A program made the position numbers and the translations under genes. Positions 59,174 to 64,000 of a stretch of DNA of 64,000 nt are shown here, piece after piece. The notes beneath the pieces were generated by a model, which made no database searches, was not told the origin of the DNA, and was given only the letters and a program-made list of their open reading frames with translations. How positions within the stretch are numbered: position 1 is the first letter of the stretch; the number at the start of each line of letters is the position of its first letter. Origin of the DNA: Candidatus Binatia bacterium (GTDB lineage: Bacteria; Desulfobacterota; Binatia; HRBIN30; BPIQ01); contig BPIQ01000001.1 in assembly GCA_026004195.1 (NCBI GenBank), forward strand, positions 653,871-717,870, given 5' to 3'.

Positions 59174-59801
59174 TCTTCCTGTTTTCCCGGCTCCCACGGA
59201 CGACCCACACGGGCCGGCCGAGCCGTTCGACCAGCGCGGCGTCGTCCGTCGCCCGGTAACCTTCCTGCCGTGCCCGCTCGTGCGCCTCGGCCAGGAGCGA
59301 GCGGCGGAACACTTGCGGGGTCTGCACCGCCCGGAGACGCACACGATCGAGGGTTCGGAGGACCTTCCCGCTCGAATCCACCTCTTTGATCGTGTCCGTC
59401 ACCGGGAGCGCCGCCACGACCGCTTCCAGCTCGGCTGCCGCGTGGATGCAGTCTTCGACGAGACGCGGGGAGACGAAAGGCCGCGCCGCGTCGTGGACGA
59501 GAACGAGAGCCCAATGCTCCGGGGACGACCGTAACGCCCGGTAGACCGACTCCTGCCGAGTGGCCCCCCCTTCCACGACGCGAATCGGGAAGGCGCGGAT
59601 TTCCCGCAGTGCGTCGGAGGCCCTCTCCACGCAGCCTGCCGGGACCGCCACGGTGAGCGAGCCGATGTGCGGGCTCCGCGCGAGGGCCGAGACCGTCCAC
59701 CAGAGGAGCGGCCGTCCCTCGAGCTCGACGAAGGCCTTGGGCAGGGTCTCCCCGAGCCGAGTTCCCTGCCCCGCGGCCGCCACCAGGGCGCCGACTTCCA
59801 C
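59115..59801 (-). CDS. ispD: 2-C-methyl-D-erythritol 4-phosphate cytidylyltransferase
   Basis: VAAAGQGTRLG...AFVEL..., IspD family. Its 3' end overlaps the larE-like 3' end by about 59 bp on the opposite strand. Confidence 0.85.
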   Translation of the reverse strand: MEVGALVAAAGQGTRLGETLPKAFVELEGRPLLWWTVSALARSPHIGSLTVAVPAGCVERASDALREIRAFPIRVVEGGATRQESVYRALRSSPEHWALVLVHDAARPFVSPRLVEDCIHAAAELEAVVAALPVTDTIKEVDSSGKVLRTLDRVRLRAVQTPQVFRRSLLAEAHERARQEGYRATDDAALVERLGRPVWVVRGSRENRKITTPEDLDWARSRLRRAPR

Positions 59802-59821
59802 GCGTTCTCACCTCGCCCGAC

Positions 59822-59862
59822 GAAAAGAAAAGGCCGGGTCGCGGCGGGCAACCCGGCCTTTT
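59822..59862 (-). terminator. rho-independent terminator downstream of carD
   Basis: GGCCGGG..CCCGGCC stem with a 13-nt loop. On the minus strand it is followed by TTTTCTTTTCG immediately after the carD stop. Confidence 0.6.
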
Positions 59863-59881
59863 CGGAGCCCTTCCGCGGAGT

Positions 59882-60364
59882 TCAGTGGGAAAAGATCTGA
59901 TTGAGCTCCGCCATGATCTTTTCTTCCGGGTGCGAGCGGGCGATGGAGAGCTCCTTGACCAGGAGATTCCTGGCCGTGTCGAGCATCTTCCGCTCCCCGA
60001 ACGAGAGTTCCTTGTCCCCTTTCAGGACGCAGAGATCGCGGAGCACCTTCGCGATCTCGAGCACGGAACCGGTCTTGATCTTCTCGGTGTACTCTCTGTA
60101 GCGGCGATTCCAGGTCTGCTGGTCCACCTCGACCTTCTTCTCGCGCAGGATCTTGTACACCTTGGACACCATGTCCTTGCCGATGACCTTCCGCAAGCCG
60201 ACCGCCTGGACGTTCTCGGTGGGAATCATGATCGTCATGTCCGTGTCGAGGATCCTCAGCATGTAGAAGTTCTTCTGGGTACCCGAGACGGAGCGTGTCT
60301 GGATGCCCTCGATCACGCCGACCCCGTGTGCCGGATAGACCACCTTCTCACCTACCTTGAACAT
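59882..60364 (-). CDS. carD: CarD-family transcriptional regulator (RNAP-interacting)
   Basis: MFKVGEKVVYPAHGVGVIEGI..., the CarD/CdnL N-terminal Tudor-like domain. 160 aa. Local GC is lower than the surroundings. Confidence 0.9.
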   Translation of the reverse strand: MFKVGEKVVYPAHGVGVIEGIQTRSVSGTQKNFYMLRILDTDMTIMIPTENVQAVGLRKVIGKDMVSKVYKILREKKVEVDQQTWNRRYREYTEKIKTGSVLEIAKVLRDLCVLKGDKELSFGERKMLDTARNLLVKELSIARSHPEEKIMAELNQIFSH

Positions 60365-60878
60365 GCGGCCAAGCCCCCCTTTCGGTCGAGATGATCAAGC
60401 TCCGCGAATTATACCGGCTCGGTTCTCCTCGAGCAACGAGGATCCGGCACAGCACCAGAGCGTCCCGTCCGGGGCCGTAATAACCCGCTCGGCGTCCGTG
60501 CTCCAAAAAGTTCAAGCTTCGGTAGAGGTTTTTGGCCGGCTCGTTGTCTTCGGCCACTTCCAGGAACACCCGCTCGACCCCCTCTTTCGCCGCGGACTCG
60601 AGGAACTCCCCGAGAAGTCGGCGGGCCACGCCCCGACGACGCCACGGCGGCGAAACGACGAGGTTCAGGATTTCCGCCTCCGGGGGGAGGACCCTCGCGC
60701 AAAGGAAGCCCACGAGGCGTCCCTCCGCTTCGGCGACGAGCCCCGACGCATGCGGGGACTCGAGTTCCCGTTCCAGTGCGGCACGGCTCCAGGCGAGCGC
60801 GCCTGCTTCGCACGAGAGGGCAGCCAGGTCCTCGAGCTGCGAGGGGGAAGGGGCGAGGATCCGGAAGCTGCCGCTCAC
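60348..60878 (-). CDS. rimI: GNAT N-acetyltransferase (RimI-like)
   Basis: Acetyl-CoA binding motif RRRGVARRLL. Its 3' end overlaps the carD start by 17 bp. Confidence 0.7.
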   Translation of the reverse strand: MSGSFRILAPSPSQLEDLAALSCEAGALAWSRAALERELESPHASGLVAEAEGRLVGFLCARVLPPEAEILNLVVSPPWRRRGVARRLLGEFLESAAKEGVERVFLEVAEDNEPAKNLYRSLNFLEHGRRAGYYGPGRDALVLCRILVARGEPSRYNSRSLIISTERGAWPHVQGR

Positions 60879-62308
60879 CGGGCGTCCGCCGCCAAGAGCA
60901 CGACTTCGAGCGTCTTGTCCCGATAACGGTGCTGGAACCCGCGCACCGGACGCTCGAGCTTCACGTAGGTCGTGAAGTCCGGAGGAAACGCGGGTGAGAC
61001 GGCCGCCAGCCGCCGTACCGTGGGATCGACGACCTTTCCCCGGACGACGAAGTAACCGTTCTCGAGGGCGAGGTCGAGCTTGTAGTCGGGCATCTCGTCC
61101 GGAACTCCGAGAGCGAGCTTCTCGGCGGAGGGAGGAATCCGCCGCGGGAGCTCCATGCGAAAGTAGTAGCCGTTCGCGTGCTCTCGCAGGACGTAGACCT
61201 CGCCGTACCGGCGCTCCCGTTCGATCTTGTCCTCGAATTCCGACCCGTGGAACCCGTCGACTCCGACGGCACCCCTCTTTTCCGCAGCGTCCGCGAAGGC
61301 GAGCCGAAACACGGGTGCGAGAAGGGCCCCGAGCACGGCACCGTAGAAGCTCGCGCGGAGGGGAGTCTCCCCGACGGGCCTACCCTGGAAGACCGCTTCG
61401 CGGAGTCTCCAGCAGGTCTCCACCGCGGCCGCGACGAGCCCGAGGAGCACGAGGCCGTGGAGCTGCGAGCTGAACAGGTCCCGCCCGAGGTAAAGTGCGC
61501 CCGCGACGGCGAAAAGAACGGGGTAGAGGACGATGTCGTGGATCACGTTGAGTCCCGTGGCAGCCGCGGCCGAGAAGAAACGGCGGTCGCCGACGGCCCG
61601 CTCGAGGGCTTCTTTCTGCCGTGCGGGCAACGCCCCCAGCACCGGGAGCAAAAGCGCGGCCGCCCAGCGGACAAACCTCCGGCGGGAAGGTCTTCCCGGG
61701 TCCCCCAGAGCCTCGAGCGCTTCTTCGAAGGGTTCGGACAACACCCCCTGCGCGGCTCTGGGCGGAGGAGCGGAAACGAGCTGGAGTTTCGGCTTCGGGG
61801 CCGAGATGGGTTTTTCGATCCGGGCCGGCGCCGGGGAGGCCGCGACAGCGGCCGCAGCCGCGACCCCGGTGGGTTGCGCGGGCGCTGCGGGCTTCGGCGC
61901 CGCAGCGACCTCCCGCTTTTCCTGCGCTGCGCTCGGTGCCGGAGCTTCCGCCGGAGCCGGTCGAGCAGCCCCGTTCCCCTTCTTGAAGCGGGAAGGGAAG
62001 TCCTCGGGAAACTCGACGTCGGGATGAAGCCGCTTGGCCTTGGCGATCAGCTGCTCTTCCGTCTCCGGATGCTCGGGATCCGGAACGCAACAGTCCACCG
62101 GGCAGACCGCGGCACAGGCCTCGTGATCGTAGAACCCGACGCACTCCGTGCACTTGTCGGGAACGATGTAGAAAATGTCCTCGCGCAGCGGTGGGTGCTT
62201 CTGCCCGTCGAGCTCCCATTCGACCCCGCCCGGGTAGATGGCCGTGTTCGGACACTCCGGTTCGCAGGCACCGCAGTTGATACATTCGGACGTGATGACG
62301 GTCGCCAT
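60875..62308 (-). CDS. ferredoxin (7Fe-type two-cluster motif) fused to Ala/Pro-rich linker, transmembrane segment and unknown C-terminal domain
   Basis: N-terminal [12 protein letters not shown] + [18 protein letters not shown] (CxxCxxCxxxCP and CxxCx8CxxxCP). About 90 aa of AP-rich linker, about 4 predicted TM helices, then a soluble roughly 120-aa C-terminal domain. Its stop overlaps the rimI start (ATGA). Confidence 0.75.
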   Translation of the reverse strand: MATVITSECINCGACEPECPNTAIYPGGVEWELDGQKHPPLREDIFYIVPDKCTECVGFYDHEACAAVCPVDCCVPDPEHPETEEQLIAKAKRLHPDVEFPEDFPSRFKKGNGAARPAPAEAPAPSAAQEKREVAAAPKPAAPAQPTGVAAAAAVAASPAPARIEKPISAPKPKLQLVSAPPPRAAQGVLSEPFEEALEALGDPGRPSRRRFVRWAAALLLPVLGALPARQKEALERAVGDRRFFSAAAATGLNVIHDIVLYPVLFAVAGALYLGRDLFSSQLHGLVLLGLVAAAVETCWRLREAVFQGRPVGETPLRASFYGAVLGALLAPVFRLAFADAAEKRGAVGVDGFHGSEFEDKIERERRYGEVYVLREHANGYYFRMELPRRIPPSAEKLALGVPDEMPDYKLDLALENGYFVVRGKVVDPTVRRLAAVSPAFPPDFTTYVKLERPVRGFQHRYRDKTLEVVLLAADAR

Positions 62309-62362
62309 GACGGCCCTCCTCGACCCATCTTACGGCCGGGCGAGTTCGGCGCAAGCCACGGC

Positions 62363-64000
62363 TCAGGCAAAGAGCGGTGCCAGGACGAGGGAGACGACCG
62401 ACATGAGCTTGATCAGGATGTTCAGCGAAGGACCCGCCGTATCCTTGAAAGGGTCGCCGACCGTGTCCCCGACCACGGCCGCCTTGTGCGAATCGGAGCC
62501 CTTGCCGCCGAAAGCCCCGCCCTCGATGTACTTCTTCGCGTTGTCCCACGCCCCGCCGGCGTTGGCCATGAAAATGGCGAGAAGGACCCCCGACACCGTG
62601 ACGCCGGCCAGCATTCCCCCGAGCGCGTGCTTGTCCACCGCACCCACGACGACCGGCGTGACCACCGCCAGGAGGCCGGGGAGGACCATGCGGCGAATCG
62701 CCGCCGCCGTGGAAATGTCCACACACCTGGCGTAGTCGGCTCGGGCTTTGCCCTCCATCAGCCCCGGAATCGTCCGGAACTGCCTCCGAACCTCGTCGAT
62801 CATGTCGTAAGCGGCTTCCCCGACCGCACGCATGGCGAGCGCGCTGAAGAGAAAGGGGAGCATCCCGCCCAGGAAGAGCCCCGCGATCACGTAAGGATTG
62901 GTCACGTCGATGGTCTCGATCCTCGCGGAGGCCTGGAAGGCGGAAAAAAGGGCGAGGGCGGTGAGCGCGGCGGACCCGATCGCGAACCCCTTGCCGATGG
63001 CGGCCGTCGTGTTCCCCACGGCGTCGAGCTTGTCGGTGCGGGAGCGAACCTCGGGACCTAGCCCGCTCATTTCCGCGATGCCACCGGCGTTGTCGGCGAT
63101 CGGCCCGTAAGCGTCGACGGCCAGCTGGATCCCGGTCGTCGAGAGCATCCCGAGTGCGGAAATGGCGATCCCGTAGAGGCCGGCGCAGTAGTAGGCGAAG
63201 ACGATCGCCGCCGCGATGAAAAGAACCGGCGGCGCCGTCGAAAGCATTCCGAGACCCAGCCCCGCGATGATGTTCGTCGCGGCCCCGGTCTGCGACTGCT
63301 CGGCGATGCGACGTGCCGGAGAACGCGACTCGGAGGTGAAATATTCCGTCAGGACACCGATGGCGATGCCCGCCGCGAGCCCCGCTACGGTCGCCCAGAA
63401 AATCCCGCCCGCGGAGAGCTCCACCAGAGTGCCGGTGACGTTCGTCTCGGGCCCCACCGGCGCCGGGACGAAAGCACGCACCACGGGATAGGTCGCCGCC
63501 AGCATCAGAACCCCCGCACCGAACGTCCCCAGGTTGAGCGCCGCCTGCGGGTTCCCGCCCTCTCGGGTCCGCACGGCGAACGTACCCACGATCGACGCCA
63601 GCACCCCTACCCCCGCCAGAGCGAGCGGAAGCAGCACGATCCGGATGTCCCCGTAAGCCACCCCCAGGACCATCGTGCCGACGATCGAGCCCACGTAGCT
63701 CTCGAACAGGTCGGCCCCCATCCCCGCCACGTCCCCGACGTTGTCTCCCACGTTGTCCGCGATGACGGCAGGGTTCCGGGGGTCGTCTTCGGGAATCCCG
63801 GCCTCGACCTTGCCCACCAGATCCGCGCCCACGTCGGCCGCTTTCGTGTAGATCCCGCCCCCGACCCGGGCAAAAAGAGCGATCGACGAGGCGCCGAACG
63901 AAAAGCCGGTGAGCACGTTCATCACGCGCCCCGGATCTTCGAAAAGCTGCGAGTAGAGCCAGTAAAGCAGGCTGAGACCCGAAATCCCCAGCCCGACGAC
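62363..64000 (-). CDS. hppA: membrane-bound proton-translocating pyrophosphatase, 5' end beyond window
   Basis: C-terminal ...[34 protein letters not shown] and multiple DxxxD/GG motifs of H+-PPase. The reading frame stays open to the window edge. Confidence 0.85.
   Translation of the reverse strand, partial: VVGLGISGLSLLYWLYSQLFEDPGRVMNVLTGFSFGASSIALFARVGGGIYTKAADVGADLVGKVEAGIPEDDPRNPAVIADNVGDNVGDVAGMGADLFESYVGSIVGTMVLGVAYGDIRIVLLPLALAGVGVLASIVGTFAVRTREGGNPQAALNLGTFGAGVLMLAATYPVVRAFVPAPVGPETNVTGTLVELSAGGIFWATVAGLAAGIAIGVLTEYFTSESRSPARRIAEQSQTGAATNIIAGLGLGMLSTAPPVLFIAAAIVFAYYCAGLYGIAISALGMLSTTGIQLAVDAYGPIADNAGGIAEMSGLGPEVRSRTDKLDAVGNTTAAIGKGFAIGSAALTALALFSAFQASARIETIDVTNPYVIAGLFLGGMLPFLFSALAMRAVGEAAYDMIDEVRRQFRTIPGLMEGKARADYARCVDISTAAAIRRMVLPGLLAVVTPVVVGAVDKHALGGMLAGVTVSGVLLAIFMANAGGAWDNAKKYIEGGAFGGKGSDSHKAAVVGDTVGDPFKDTAGPSLNILIKLMSVVSLVLAPLFA

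Noticed and set aside
59882-60364. Lower-GC carD as a horizontally acquired segment
   Set aside because: carD is a highly conserved, slowly evolving core gene. The GC dip is confined to the gene and it sits within a conserved rimI/tsa-type context, so there is no evidence of mobility.
61178-63061. 627-aa plus ORF
   Set aside because: It is antisense to the ferredoxin-fusion gene and hppA. The composition is Arg/Gly/Asp-rich with no family signal.
1-64000. CRISPR arrays, tRNA/rRNA genes, IS elements, integrases, phage genes
   Set aside because: No direct-repeat/spacer periodicity, no cloverleaf-compatible sequences in the few intergenic gaps, and no transposase or integrase-like ORFs.

Overview
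This is a 64 kb window of a high-GC (about 70%) bacterial chromosome, densely packed with genes, with no rRNA, tRNA, CRISPR arrays, insertion sequences or transposases that I could find. I call about 64 protein-coding genes.

**Housekeeping and metabolism:**
- Housekeeping genes include purF (5' end outside the window), rnd, lgt, trmB, purM, purU, aspS-hisS, htpX, a DegP-type protease, a class A penicillin-binding protein, an MltD-like transglycosylase, tsaD-rsmA-mutM, cysK, ispD, carD, rimI and a partial H+-pyrophosphatase.
- Catabolic and redox genes include a β-oxidation operon (acyl-CoA dehydrogenase, 3-hydroxyacyl-CoA dehydrogenase, thiolase) with a malic enzyme, a second SDR/acyl-CoA dehydrogenase set, a methylcrotonyl-CoA carboxylase β / hydratase / AtuA-like operon, an alcohol dehydrogenase with a luciferase-like oxidoreductase, SDRs, alanine dehydrogenase, a cytochrome c and a PPOX-family protein.

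**Most unusual region (about 27.3-35.7 kb):**
- A 1493-aa secreted protein carries two tandemly duplicated ~400-aa cysteine-containing domains joined by long Pro/Thr-rich linkers, then a third domain and a C-terminal dockerin-like double calcium-loop module.
- On the opposite strand lie a second Pro/Thr-linker protein with an N-terminal dockerin-like module, a cysteine-rich secreted protein, an OmpA-family protein and a small secreted protein.
- Together these suggest an undescribed dockerin-based cell-surface assembly.

**Second cluster (37.4-41.4 kb):**
- An outer-membrane β-barrel candidate with an N-terminal CxxCH motif.
- A stand-alone lipoprotein resembling the Planctomycete-type cytochrome c domain (PSCyt1), with a CX4CH motif.
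- A small Cys/His secreted protein.
- A LytS/LytTR two-component system.

**Other notable items:**
- An acyl-CoA dehydrogenase with an internal +1 frameshift.
- A 7Fe-type ferredoxin fused to a transmembrane and C-terminal domain.
- A degenerate Hint-like ORF.
- A stand-alone type IV pilin-like gene.
- A LarE-like PP-loop enzyme coupled to cysK.

Internal start codons that I inferred by counting residues may be off by 1-3 nt.
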